Shown: positions 1 to 9,797 of the stretch, piece after piece
Numbering within the stretch: the first letter of the stretch is position 1
Layout of the letters: each line of letters opens with the position of its first letter
Assembly (NCBI GenBank): GCA_965248265.1
Contig: CBDFJF010000002.1
Location: 3,104,001 to 3,168,000 of the forward strand
Origin: Candidatus Latescibacterota bacterium
GTDB taxonomy: Bacteria; Latescibacterota; UBA2968; UBA8231
DNA: 64,000 nucleotides
Direction: 5' to 3'
The notes under the pieces: model-generated
What the model was told of the DNA's origin: nothing
The model's input: only the letters and a program-made list of their open reading frames with translations
Databases searched by the model: none
Program-made: the position numbers and the translations under genes

Positions 1-2
1 TC

Positions 3-2630
3 TACTGGCAACGAGACTACCGCTTCGCGGCGCAGTCATTTCAAGACCTCGAGACGCACTTCCCGCAAAGCCAGTACTTCGATGAGGCCATGTATTGGCG
101 GGGGCTTTGCCTTGAGGCACAAAGTGAGTACGGAGAGGCGGCTGCGGTGTACCGTTCCCTGCTCAGCACGGCGGGACCGCAGACAGCGGCCAAGGCGGGT
201 TTCAGGATAGGAGAAATCGCCTATCAAGAAGGCAACCACCCGCTTGCCATACAGGAATACTCCGCCACGCTCGAGAGCTTTCCGAAAACGGATCTACGCG
301 CTGAGTTGTGGCTGCGCATCGGCGAGACGCATGTCGAACTGACGGATCAGACCAGGTTGGATTCGGCCCTGGTGGCGTTTGATCGAGTGCTCGTGGAAAG
401 CCCTTCCGACGAGATCGCCTATTGGGCAAGGTTGAATCGGGGCCTCGTGCTTCAGGAGATGGGTGATACCGAGGCGGCACGCGAGGCCTATCTGAAACTG
501 CTCAAGGAGGGGAAGTACCGGTTGTTCGAGGGGAAGACCCGGATCGTGTTGGGACAATACTACCAGGTCGAGGATCAACTCAGCGCAGCCCTCGAACAGT
601 ACGAGAAGGTACGCGATGACTTCCCGCAGACTGAGTCTTCGGCCATGGCACTCTACCGCACTGGCCAGTTGTATCTGCAGGAATACAGTGATCGTACACG
701 CGCGGAGGAGTATTTTCGCGAAGTGGCCGTGGAGAAGAGTAACTCTGAGGGCAACGCACTTGCGAAGCAGATCCTCGCGGACCTGACACAGCTCGCGCGT
801 ACTCAGCGCAAGATTCATCGTGCGGACTCGCTCGCCACCGCGCGCGCATCGCGCAAAAAAGTCCCACGAACGCTGCCAGATACGGATGCGCCAGCCATCG
901 TGACGGCGGCGCAGGACAGTGCCAGCATCAGTGTTAGCATGGTATCGGTGGATACTACCTCACAGCTCACGACGCACCTGTCTGGCGAGGAGAGTGCGGC
1001 ACGGTTGCGACAGGCCCTCGAGGCCGATGACGAGGAGTGGGAGGAGGAGTACGAAGAAGCACCAGACAGCCTCGCCCCTCGGCCCAGAAGGGCCGCGACG
1101 AGTGCCGCAGACACGTCGATAGAGCGCGCCTTTTTCACGGTCGCCGAAATCTACCGGGAGCGGCTTGTGGCTGCCGATTCCGCCGCGTACTACTACGAAG
1201 AGATTATCAGGCGGTTTCCCTCTTCTCGCGAAGTGCCTCGAGCGATGTACAATCTCGCCTGGATCCGTCTGGAGATGCAGAACGACATGGAGCAGGCGCG
1301 ACCCGCGCTGCAGAGCCTGGTTGATGGCTACCCACAAACCGTGCATGCCAACGCCGCGCGAGGTCTTCTGGAACTCCCCGCTGACATCACCGACGAAGAT
1401 CTCGCCGTCGAAGCGTTCCGCCGTATCGAAGCGATTCGAACGGAGGATGTTAGCCAGATCGACGTTTACCTGCCGCTACTCGACAGTCTCGAGGTGCGCT
1501 ATCCCGATGCTGACACGGCCGTCAAATCCGCTTTTTTGGCTGCCTGGAGCTTGGAGAACGTCGCTGGAGACAGCACCGAGGCCGAGCGCCGGTTTGATGA
1601 CATTGTCCTCAAATACCCCAGCTCGCGTTATGCTGCTTTAGGACGAGAGCGTCGCGAGAGTCGCAAGCAGGGCGCGATCGAGAAACTGGCGCGTCAACTC
1701 GCCGTGATGGCGCAGGGGAAGGCTGACGAAAGCCTGCGGGCGATCGCCATCGAGCCGACGAGGGAGGATTCGAATGCACTGGCGCGCAAGTACCTCGGGT
1801 TTGCGCTGAGGGCTCATCGCCGGGACAAGCCGGAAAAAGCCAAAGAGTGGTACGAGTTGAGTCTGGAAGAAAAACATCGGAACGCCCGTGCTCACTACGG
1901 CCTGGGCGAGATCGCCTGGGCAGGTGCCTACTTCGAGGACGCGATGGACTATTTGCGCACCGCGCTACGACAGGAATCCGGATTCCCCGCCACCTATCAC
2001 CACTTGTTCGCCTACCATCTGCAGCAGTCGCGGGAGGATTCGGCGAATCACTATCTTCGACAAATCATAAAACGCGACCGCGACAACATGGCTGCGCAGG
2101 CCCTCGTCGACGAATTCCCAGCGCTCCAAACACGAGATGAGCGGTTGGACCGATCTGAGATGGAGGAAATCGACCTGGAACTGCCGCTGGACCGCTTCAA
2201 GGCTCCCCCCGATCTGTTGCAGCTAAAAGAGGAGCCGTTCGTCCGTTACAGGGTGGACTCGAACCCCCAACCTGGCCTGCTCGACTCGGCCACTGTCGTC
2301 GTCGATGTGCTGGTCAGCCGGGCCGGTCTCCCCGACGTCGTGGAGGTTTTCGAGGGTCCGGATGATCTCCACGAGGAAGCAATGGCCATCGCCAAGCAGT
2401 TCCTGTTCTATCCCGCCGAAGACAATCGAGGGCGCAATCCCAAGGTCTGGGTTGAGCTGGAGATTCCATTTCGCCCGGTCGACGGGAAAGACGCCGGTTC
2501 TACGGATACCACGGCTACTTCGACACCGCAGGTTGCTACTGGTTTGATGCCCGACGACCCCTTGTCGCCCGACTCCTCCAGAGTGCACGGAGTGCACTCC
2601 GTGCACTCGGCTGCGGGAGACAGCCTGTGA
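3..2630 (+). CDS. TPR-repeat (BamD/CpoB-like) protein with C-terminal TonB_C-like domain; 5' end outside the window
   Basis: Frame is open from base 3 (YWQRDYRFAAQSF...). Many TPR-like helices. C-terminal ATVVVDVLVSRAG...FLFYPAEDNRGRNPKVWVELEIPF resembles TonB_C. Confidence 0.75.
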   Translation, partial: YWQRDYRFAAQSFQDLETHFPQSQYFDEAMYWRGLCLEAQSEYGEAAAVYRSLLSTAGPQTAAKAGFRIGEIAYQEGNHPLAIQEYSATLESFPKTDLRAELWLRIGETHVELTDQTRLDSALVAFDRVLVESPSDEIAYWARLNRGLVLQEMGDTEAAREAYLKLLKEGKYRLFEGKTRIVLGQYYQVEDQLSAALEQYEKVRDDFPQTESSAMALYRTGQLYLQEYSDRTRAEEYFREVAVEKSNSEGNALAKQILADLTQLARTQRKIHRADSLATARASRKKVPRTLPDTDAPAIVTAAQDSASISVSMVSVDTTSQLTTHLSGEESAARLRQALEADDEEWEEEYEEAPDSLAPRPRRAATSAADTSIERAFFTVAEIYRERLVAADSAAYYYEEIIRRFPSSREVPRAMYNLAWIRLEMQNDMEQARPALQSLVDGYPQTVHANAARGLLELPADITDEDLAVEAFRRIEAIRTEDVSQIDVYLPLLDSLEVRYPDADTAVKSAFLAAWSLENVAGDSTEAERRFDDIVLKYPSSRYAALGRERRESRKQGAIEKLARQLAVMAQGKADESLRAIAIEPTREDSNALARKYLGFALRAHRRDKPEKAKEWYELSLEEKHRNARAHYGLGEIAWAGAYFEDAMDYLRTALRQESGFPATYHHLFAYHLQQSREDSANHYLRQIIKRDRDNMAAQALVDEFPALQTRDERLDRSEMEEIDLELPLDRFKAPPDLLQLKEEPFVRYRVDSNPQPGLLDSATVVVDVLVSRAGLPDVVEVFEGPDDLHEEAMAIAKQFLFYPAEDNRGRNPKVWVELEIPFRPVDGKDAGSTDTTATSTPQVATGLMPDDPLSPDSSRVHGVHSVHSAAGDSL
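2581..2608. repeat. Perfect 28-bp palindrome
   Basis: gagtgcacggagtg|cactccgtgcactc is its own reverse complement. Confidence 0.9.
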
Positions 2631-3469
2631 CCGGTGTCCCGGCGGGGACTCCCGATCCTCAAGACGAGGATGCCCCCGTTCATGGCACGGATGAGCTGGC
2701 AGACGCCGTGTTCGTGACCCGCCTCGTGAGTCCGGTCATAGCATGCAACGTGCAGCCCGGTCAGTTCGTCCAACTCCGGGTTCGAGATGAGGCCATGCCG
2801 CTCTTGCGCATTCCGTTGAGTGTCGCGGGCGTGGACAAATCGAGGGGAATCATCGATGTCATCTATGAAGCGGTCGGTCCCAAGACAAGGGTGTTGAGTC
2901 GACTCGGCGAGGCAGAATCGGTCGCCTGTCTGGGTCCCCTCGGGAATAGCTTTCCGGATCCCCAACCAGGACAGGAGGTGGTACTGATCGGGGGAGGAGT
3001 CGGGTTGCCACCGTTGCTTTTTTACGGGCACACACTCACCGGTGGTGGTCACGAGGCTGGAGTGGATCTCCTGGTCGGCGCGCGCACGGCGACCAAGCAC
3101 CTCTCCCTGGACTACCTGGAGTCGGCGGCCTCGTCCGTCGCCATCGCCACGGACGACGGCTCGGCCGGTCATGCGGGTCTCGTCACTGAGCTGCTGGAGC
3201 AGAGGCTGGCTGCTGCCACGACAAGCAACATCGTCGTCTATACGTGTGGCCCACACCCGATGATGCGCGCGGTCGCGTCGATTTGTGCGAACTCGGACGT
3301 GCCCTGCTTTGCGTCGCTAGAGGAGTACATGGCCTGTGGTTATGGCGTCTGTGTGGGATGCGTCGTCGAGACCCAAGCGCCTGCTCACCATCGATCCGAG
3401 TACGAGCGCTACAGCCGAATTTGCGTGGATGGACCGGTGTACGATGCGGCTCGGGTCCTCTGGGACTGA
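2627..3469 (+). CDS. pyrK: Dihydroorotate dehydrogenase electron transfer subunit
   Basis: LRIPLS FAD motif, GGGVG, CGP, MACGYGVCVGC...RICVDGP [2Fe-2S] motif; adjacent to pyrD. Confidence 0.92.
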   Translation: MTGVPAGTPDPQDEDAPVHGTDELADAVFVTRLVSPVIACNVQPGQFVQLRVRDEAMPLLRIPLSVAGVDKSRGIIDVIYEAVGPKTRVLSRLGEAESVACLGPLGNSFPDPQPGQEVVLIGGGVGLPPLLFYGHTLTGGGHEAGVDLLVGARTATKHLSLDYLESAASSVAIATDDGSAGHAGLVTELLEQRLAAATTSNIVVYTCGPHPMMRAVASICANSDVPCFASLEEYMACGYGVCVGCVVETQAPAHHRSEYERYSRICVDGPVYDAARVLWD

Positions 3470-3483
3470 ATGGGAGGCTGGTT

Positions 3484-4395
3484 GTGGTTGATCTGGCGAT
3501 AGATTTCGCTGGCATTCCTCTGCGCAACCCCGTTCTGCTGGCTTCGGGTACGTGCGGCTACGGAGAGGAACTCGAGCCGTTCGTGGCCATGTCGTCTTTG
3601 GGTGGGATCGTGACCAAGACGATTACACCTGAACCCAGGTCCGGAACCCCCCCGCCGCGAATCGTCGAAACCGCTGCCGGCATGCTCAACGCCATCGGCT
3701 TGCAGAATCCCGGCTTGGAGGGGTTCATGCATGACAAATGGCCGTACCTGTCACGGCTGGACACGCAAGTGATCGTCAATATCGCCGCCCCCACGGCCAA
3801 GCAGCACGGCGAGATGGCTGCAGCGCTCGAGGGACTGGAAGGAATCGCGGCCCTGGAGGTCAACATCTCGTCGCCAAACATGAAAGACGGAGGCATGTTG
3901 TTCGGCTGCAGCGCGCAGGCATCCCGTTCAGTGATGGAAGAAGTGCGTCGTGCCACGGAGCTGCCCGTGATCGCCAAGTTGACTCCGAATGTCACCGACG
4001 TCGTCGAAATCGCACAAGCCGTTCAGGACGGGGGAGCGGACGGTATCTCCATGATCAACACGCTGGTCGGCATGGCAGTGGACCTCGACCAACGCCGATC
4101 CGTGCTGACCAACGTGACTGGTGGGTTGTCGGGGCCGGCCATCAAGCCGGTGGCTCTGGCGCTGACCTGGAAGGTCCACCAGGCGATCGATTTGCCAATC
4201 ATGGGGATCGGCGGGATCGCCAATGCCGACGACGCACTGGAGTTCATTCTCGTGGGGGCCAGCGCCGTTCAGGTCGGTACCGCCAGCTTCAGCGTTCCCG
4301 ATGCAGGGGCTCATGTAGCTGCCGGCCTGGCCGAGTACTGTGCCCGCAACAACATCGACGACATAGAGTCGCTCGTGGGTACGCTTGAGGTGTGA
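3484..4395 (+). CDS. pyrD: Dihydroorotate dehydrogenase catalytic subunit (family 1)
   Basis: NPVLLASGT, MLNAIGLQNPG, KLTPN, INT, GGLSGPAIKP motifs; GGGAGG RBS before GTG at 3484. Confidence 0.93.
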   Translation: MVDLAIDFAGIPLRNPVLLASGTCGYGEELEPFVAMSSLGGIVTKTITPEPRSGTPPPRIVETAAGMLNAIGLQNPGLEGFMHDKWPYLSRLDTQVIVNIAAPTAKQHGEMAAALEGLEGIAALEVNISSPNMKDGGMLFGCSAQASRSVMEEVRRATELPVIAKLTPNVTDVVEIAQAVQDGGADGISMINTLVGMAVDLDQRRSVLTNVTGGLSGPAIKPVALALTWKVHQAIDLPIMGIGGIANADDALEFILVGASAVQVGTASFSVPDAGAHVAAGLAEYCARNNIDDIESLVGTLEV

Positions 4396-4398
4396 TCG

Positions 4399-4938
4399 AT
4401 GGGTGCCAGCCGCAATCGAGCAGGTCTGCTGTGGGCGGTCCTCGTTCTCAGTCTGCCATCTCTCAGTCAGTGTGTACCCAGCCCCATATACAAGTCCCAG
4501 GGAAAAACCCCTTCTCGACCGGCGAAGTCCGGACAAGGGCAAGCATCAGCGAGACCTGCGACCGTGAACTCAACGCCCGCGGATGGCCGGCCGGCATCTG
4601 CTCACGCGGTTGACGTAGAGGGTCTCGACACCAGCAACGCCTATCAGATCGGCGTCGCCTCCTACTACGGCAAGAAGTTTCACAAGCGTCCCACAGCGAG
4701 CGGCGAAATCTTCAACATGTACAAGCTCACGGCTGCCCACCGGGTGCTGCCGTTGGGTACGGTTGTGCGGGTAACCAATCTGTCCAACGGCCGTTGGGTC
4801 GAGGTCAAGGTCAATGATCGCGGTCCGTTCATCGAAGGCCGGATCCTCGACCTTTCCTTTGCCGCCGCCCTTGAACTGGAGATGGTGGAGCCAGGTACGA
4901 CCAACGTCATGATTGAGATTCTCAAGACCGCCAAATAG
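4399..4938 (+). CDS. rlpA: Septal ring lytic transglycosylase RlpA family protein
   Basis: GVASYYG...TASGE...TAAHRVLP...VNDRGPF...RILDLS double-psi beta-barrel motifs; N-terminal signal-like segment. Confidence 0.9.
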   Translation: MGASRNRAGLLWAVLVLSLPSLSQCVPSPIYKSQGKTPSRPAKSGQGQASARPATVNSTPADGRPASAHAVDVEGLDTSNAYQIGVASYYGKKFHKRPTASGEIFNMYKLTAAHRVLPLGTVVRVTNLSNGRWVEVKVNDRGPFIEGRILDLSFAAALELEMVEPGTTNVMIEILKTAK

Positions 4939-4954
4939 GCGAAGGCACGGGCTC

Positions 4955-5623
4955 TTACTCCATCAGCATCGGGACGAAGCGGACGGGGAGAAGCTCAGTC
5001 TCCCGCAGGATGCCACCATAGTCCGAACGGTGAATGAGAAGGAGTTTTTGGTGCCGGACTCCCACAGGCAAGATCATTCTACCGCCAGGCGCCAGCTGCG
5101 CCACGAGGGACTTGGGTACTGCCGATGCTGCCGCCGACCCGATGACTACGTCAAACTCCGAATCCGTATCCGGCCAGCCTTTCGAACCATTCCCGGAATG
5201 GAAGGCGACGTTTGAGTAACCGAGCCCCAGCAGCATCCGTCGTGCCGATTCAGCCAGAGGTGTGTGGTACTCGATCGTCGAGACGGATCGCACGATCTCA
5301 GCAACCAGGGCCGTCTGGTATCCCGATCCGGTGCCGATCTCCAGGGCGGAATCAGTTTCTCGCAAGCGCAGTTTCTGCAACATATAGGCGACGACGTAGG
5401 GCTGGGACACCGTTTGGCCGCAGGGGATCGGTATCGGATGATCTCCGTAGGCGTACGAGGGTTTTTCGTCCTCAACAAAACGGTGGCGTGGAACGCTGCG
5501 AAAGGCCTGCAACACCGCTTCGTCGACGATGCCGCGGTGTGCGAGTTGCGATTGAACCATGACCTCGCGTTCGCGGTGGAAACCATCATCGCCTGCTGGA
5601 CTTTTCCGAAGGTTGAAGGGCAT
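4955..5623 (-). CDS. pcm: Protein-L-isoaspartate O-methyltransferase
   Basis: VPRHRFV, GQTVSQPY, LEIGTGSGYQTA, VRFVPM. Confidence 0.93.
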   Translation of the reverse strand: MPFNLRKSPAGDDGFHREREVMVQSQLAHRGIVDEAVLQAFRSVPRHRFVEDEKPSYAYGDHPIPIPCGQTVSQPYVVAYMLQKLRLRETDSALEIGTGSGYQTALVAEIVRSVSTIEYHTPLAESARRMLLGLGYSNVAFHSGNGSKGWPDTDSEFDVVIGSAAASAVPKSLVAQLAPGGRMILPVGVRHQKLLLIHRSDYGGILRETELLPVRFVPMLME

Positions 5624-5642
5624 GGCGGCTTCCGCTAAGTCC

Positions 5643-6572
5643 CTATCGATCTGAAAGCATCGACAAGACAGCCTTGCGCACGGCAGCAATTTCTAGGATC
5701 TCCATCCTTCCATCAGGGGCGCGCACAACGTGTGAATGCGGTGCCAGCGGTCGCCAGATCGCCGGAATCGTCGGGCCAAACAGGGTGACCGTAGGCGTTC
5801 CCACGGCCGCTGCCACGTGCGCAGGACCCGAGTCGTTACCGACGAACAGATCCGCGGCGGCGGTCAGTCCGATGAGGTCAGACAGGCTATCCTGGAGGAT
5901 CAATGGCACCTCTGAGGTCGGATTGATCTGGGAGCCGGCGTCGATTTCAGCTGGTCCGCAGATCATGGTACAGGACAGTCCATCTGCCGTCAGTTGCTTC
6001 GCCAACGCCTGGTAGGACTGGAGGGGCCAGCGTTTGTCAGCACCTCCACTGCCCGGATGGAGCAGGACTACGGGCTGCCCATTACTTCGTTCAGAAAACA
6101 TGGTCTGACCGCGTGCGCGCTCGGATTCAGACAATTGGATGGAAGGTATCTTCGTCGATACCGCCAGGCCCGCCTGCCGCAGGGGTTCCAGGAGATGTTC
6201 GACAATGTGGCGGTTCTCATTCGCCGGACGTGGGTCCCAGCGCAGCAGATCTCCGGAGCAGAGGGATTCGAGGTTGCGCACCAGGGCACTGTCACATGCC
6301 TGGGGGGTGTAGGCGAGGACGAGATCTGCCCTTGTCAGCAGTTGGCCAGGCGGTGACCTATCGTCCGCGTCTGCGTCGTCAGCGAACAGCCAGGTGCAAG
6401 CGGCACTGCCCTGGTCGACGAAAACCTCGGGCATGGCCAGGCGCTGCAGATACGGTGACCCGATGACGCCAAGTTGAGCCATGGGCGAGGCTCCGGTCAG
6501 GCTGTGGACTGCTGGCAACGTCACCACGCCGTCACCGAGCGCGCCGCCACGAACGACTACGATTCTTTCCAT
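5643..6572 (-). CDS. Glycosyltransferase family 9 (ADP-heptose:LPS heptosyltransferase-like)
   Basis: GALGD, HPGSG..KRWP, GNDSGPAHVAAA.G.PTVTLFGPT. Confidence 0.88.
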   Translation of the reverse strand: MERIVVVRGGALGDGVVTLPAVHSLTGASPMAQLGVIGSPYLQRLAMPEVFVDQGSAACTWLFADDADADDRSPPGQLLTRADLVLAYTPQACDSALVRNLESLCSGDLLRWDPRPANENRHIVEHLLEPLRQAGLAVSTKIPSIQLSESERARGQTMFSERSNGQPVVLLHPGSGGADKRWPLQSYQALAKQLTADGLSCTMICGPAEIDAGSQINPTSEVPLILQDSLSDLIGLTAAADLFVGNDSGPAHVAAAVGTPTVTLFGPTIPAIWRPLAPHSHVVRAPDGRMEILEIAAVRKAVLSMLSDR

Positions 6573-6704
6573 TCAGATGATCTCTGGACGGTGGGTCATT
6601 CTTGCCAAATTCATCCGCGGCACGTATTTTCATGTCCTCCTGTTTGGTTCCCAACACTCTGTACTTATAGAAATCATAAGATCACGGCGGATCACGGCTG
6701 GAAC

Positions 6705-7325
6705 ATGGCTGGACTCATAGGCAAAAAACTGGGTATGACCCAGTTGTACAACGAAAAAGAGGAACTCACGCCTGTAACCGTGGTAGCGGCTGGCCCCTGT
6801 CCGGTGGTCAGCGTACGCACACTAGAAAAAAACGGCTACAGTGCGGTACAATTGGCGTTCGACGAAGTTGCCCCGCGCAAGGTAAACAAGCCTGTGGCCG
6901 GACAGTTTGAAAAGGCCGGCGTGAAGCCTCATCGTGTGTTGCGAGAGTTTCGTTCGAATGAGGACGTCGATGTCGAGGCCGGCCAGGTGATGGACGCAAG
7001 CCAGTTCGAGGTCGGCGAGAAGGTCAAGGTCACCGGCAAGTCCAAGGGCAAGGGGTTCGCAGGTGTCGTCAAGCGCTACCATTTTCGTGGCAAGAAAGAG
7101 ACCCATGGAACTCCGGATCGTGTCCGTCATGGCGGCTCCATCGGCCAGGGAACCACACCGGGAAAGGTGTGGAAGGGGAAGAAGATGCCCGGACAAATGG
7201 GCAACGAGGTCGTGACGACAAAGGGGTTGACCATCGTGCGGGTGGACGCCGAACGCAATCTGCTCTTCATAAAAGGGGCTGTGCCCGGAGCGACGAACAG
7301 CGTCGTCACGGTTCGCAAGCAGTAA
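6705..7325 (+). CDS. rplC: 50S ribosomal protein L3 (stand-alone, outside the S10 operon)
   Basis: MAGLIGKKLGMTQ, SKGKGFAGVVKR, KGKKMPGQMG, IKGAVPG. Confidence 0.97.
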   Translation: MAGLIGKKLGMTQLYNEKEELTPVTVVAAGPCPVVSVRTLEKNGYSAVQLAFDEVAPRKVNKPVAGQFEKAGVKPHRVLREFRSNEDVDVEAGQVMDASQFEVGEKVKVTGKSKGKGFAGVVKRYHFRGKKETHGTPDRVRHGGSIGQGTTPGKVWKGKKMPGQMGNEVVTTKGLTIVRVDAERNLLFIKGAVPGATNSVVTVRKQ

Positions 7326-7353
7326 AAAGTGTGTTAGCCCCTTCGGGGTGAGT

Positions 7354-7392
7354 AGGGTGGCCATTCTTCATGCGCATGGTCGCCTTTTTTTT
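7354..7392 (+). terminator. Intrinsic terminator after rplC
   Basis: agggtggccat/atggtcgcctt stem with G-U pairs, followed by a T run. Confidence 0.65.
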
Positions 7393-7407
7393 GTACCGTC
7401 GTCGTCG

Positions 7408-7767
<360 letters not shown>

Positions 7768-8811
7768 TCATAAGCTTGCATTGCAAGGCCTGCCAAGTTC
7801 GCGCAGCACCTCGACAGACGAACTCGCGAGGTCGATCCCGTGCTCCAGGCCGTGGCTCCGACGGCGCTCCTCGATCTCTCCAGGCAACAGGATTTCCTCC
7901 ACGCCCTCTTGTCTGGGCGACTGCTTGATGCGCCGGGCCATGTCACCGACGGCGCGCTTGAACTCGTCGACAGGCATGAACCGACTCGGGTCGATGCTGA
8001 TGAAACAATGGCCGATGCCGACATCGGCCAGGTGCTCGGGGACGGCATCACGCTCAACACCGAAGTACGGAGAGCCAGCCATCAATCCCGCGAGCAGCTC
8101 GATGAACAGGGTAAGGCCGTACCCTTTGTAATCGCCGATGGGTTCGATCATCCCCTTTAAGGCAAGGGCAGCGTCCGTCGTCGGTTGTCCCTCCGCATCC
8201 CGCGCCAATCCGGCCGGGATCGGGGTGCCATTGGCCGCGGCCAGTTCCAGCTTGCCCGCGGCCAGCGCCCCCATGGCCGCGTCGAAGAGCAGCGGGAAAT
8301 CGAGATCAGCCGGCACGGCATAGGCGATAGGGTTGTTGCCGAAAAGCGGAGTACGCCCGCCTGTTGGCGCCAGTCTCGGGCTTGCCACCGTCATGGCAAC
8401 ACCGATCATGTCGTGATCGAGCGCTCGGGCGGCAAACTGTCCGGCCGTACCGAAATGATGAGACCGTCCGGAGGCCACCGTGGCCGAACCGGTCGTCGAG
8501 GCCTTCTTCAGGCACAGATCCATGGCGAAGCGACCGACCAGTTGACCCAGTGCGTGGTCCCCGTCGACGCGAGCGCTGGAGGGTCCCTCCGACACGACGC
8601 GGATCTTGGGGTCGGGGTTCGTAATCCCCTGGGCCAATTCCTGTACATACCGCGATAGGCGCAGAACCCCGTGGCTGTGCACGCCTCTCAGGTCTGCCTC
8701 CACGAGGGATTGCGCCACGTAGGCAGCATCCTCCGCTGCGAGCCCGGAGTGCAGGAGGATGGCGCGACAGATGTTCTGGAGCCGATCGGCTTGAACAGAG
8801 ACCGTTGACAT
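7768..8811 (-). CDS. Ldh_2 family (malate/L-lactate/sulfolactate/ureidoglycolate) dehydrogenase
   Basis: ADLRGVHSHG, HHFG, GNNPIAY, YKGYGL, LPGE motifs. Confidence 0.88.
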   Translation of the reverse strand: MSTVSVQADRLQNICRAILLHSGLAAEDAAYVAQSLVEADLRGVHSHGVLRLSRYVQELAQGITNPDPKIRVVSEGPSSARVDGDHALGQLVGRFAMDLCLKKASTTGSATVASGRSHHFGTAGQFAARALDHDMIGVAMTVASPRLAPTGGRTPLFGNNPIAYAVPADLDFPLLFDAAMGALAAGKLELAAANGTPIPAGLARDAEGQPTTDAALALKGMIEPIGDYKGYGLTLFIELLAGLMAGSPYFGVERDAVPEHLADVGIGHCFISIDPSRFMPVDEFKRAVGDMARRIKQSPRQEGVEEILLPGEIEERRRSHGLEHGIDLASSSVEVLRELGRPCNASL

Positions 8812-9038
8812 GTGAGTCTGCGAAGAACAATCAGAGGCGGAATGGACCCTGCCTGACGCTGCAGAAATTCGGCAATATAGCCGGCAGCCAATCGACTGTC
8901 CAGGTGAGAGGCCGCTGGGGTTCGACGCAAGTCCGAGGCTGCGGCCTTGCCGCCAAAGCAGGTAGAATCTTGTTTTGCAGACAACACAGTAGACCGTTCG
9001 ATCACCTACCTCGCCCATGTCGAAGGCAGTCGAATTCA

Positions 9039-9770
9039 GTGGATCTCAGCATCATCATCCCGGCGTTCAACGAGAGCGCACGCATCGTCTCGACACTGGA
9101 CTCGATCGTCCAGTTCCTGTCACAACGTCCATGGCAGTGGGAGATCATCGTCGTCGATGATGGGGGGCAGGACGGGACGGCACAGTTGGTCGACGATTAC
9201 CGTTCAAGCCAACCCGCCGTCCGGGTCATCAGAAACGACCGCAACAGGGGCAAGGGATATTCCGTAGGAAACGGTGTCGCCGACGCCACCGGCGCCGTCA
9301 TCGGTTTCATTGACGCCGATAACAAGACCGACATACGGGCGGCTGATTCGGCGATGGATCTCCTACTCGCGGATCCCGAGCCGGAAAGCAGTGGAGGTGC
9401 GGATATCGTCATCGGCGACCGCACCCTGCCCGGTTCACACATCGTCATTCCCCGGCGGGGGTACCGCGAGTGGGGATCGAAGCAATTCAGCCGAGTGTTG
9501 TTGCGCTTTGTTGGTCTGGGCGAATATCCGGACACGCAATGCGGGTTCAAGTTCTTTCGCAAGGACGCGGCGAAGGCCTTGTTCGCTGCGCTGCGTACCG
9601 AGGGGTACATGTTCGACGTGGAGATCATACTGCGAGCCCGGGCGTCGCAATGTCGAATCGAACGAGTGCCGGTGCGCTGGACGGATGATGCGGACAGCCG
9701 CTTCAACCCGTTTTGGGGCATGATCCGGAATCTGAGGGAATTGGCCAGGATCAAACGGAACTTGCGGTAG
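9039..9770 (+). CDS. GT2 glycosyltransferase (dolichyl-phosphate glucosyltransferase-like)
   Basis: LSIIIPAFNE, VVDDG, NRGKG, DAD, DTQCGFK, FDVE. Confidence 0.88.
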   Translation: MDLSIIIPAFNESARIVSTLDSIVQFLSQRPWQWEIIVVDDGGQDGTAQLVDDYRSSQPAVRVIRNDRNRGKGYSVGNGVADATGAVIGFIDADNKTDIRAADSAMDLLLADPEPESSGGADIVIGDRTLPGSHIVIPRRGYREWGSKQFSRVLLRFVGLGEYPDTQCGFKFFRKDAAKALFAALRTEGYMFDVEIILRARASQCRIERVPVRWTDDADSRFNPFWGMIRNLRELARIKRNLR

Positions 9771-9797
9771 ATCGCCGGAAACCGAAGCCCACCGGTA

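Noticed and set aside
6474-6704. 77-aa N-terminal extension of L3 in the ORF track
   Set aside because: Overlaps the divergent GT9 gene; L3 homology starts at ATG 6705. The long extensions given for pyrD, Ldh_2, GT2, zapA, sbcD and ClpX are rejected likewise.
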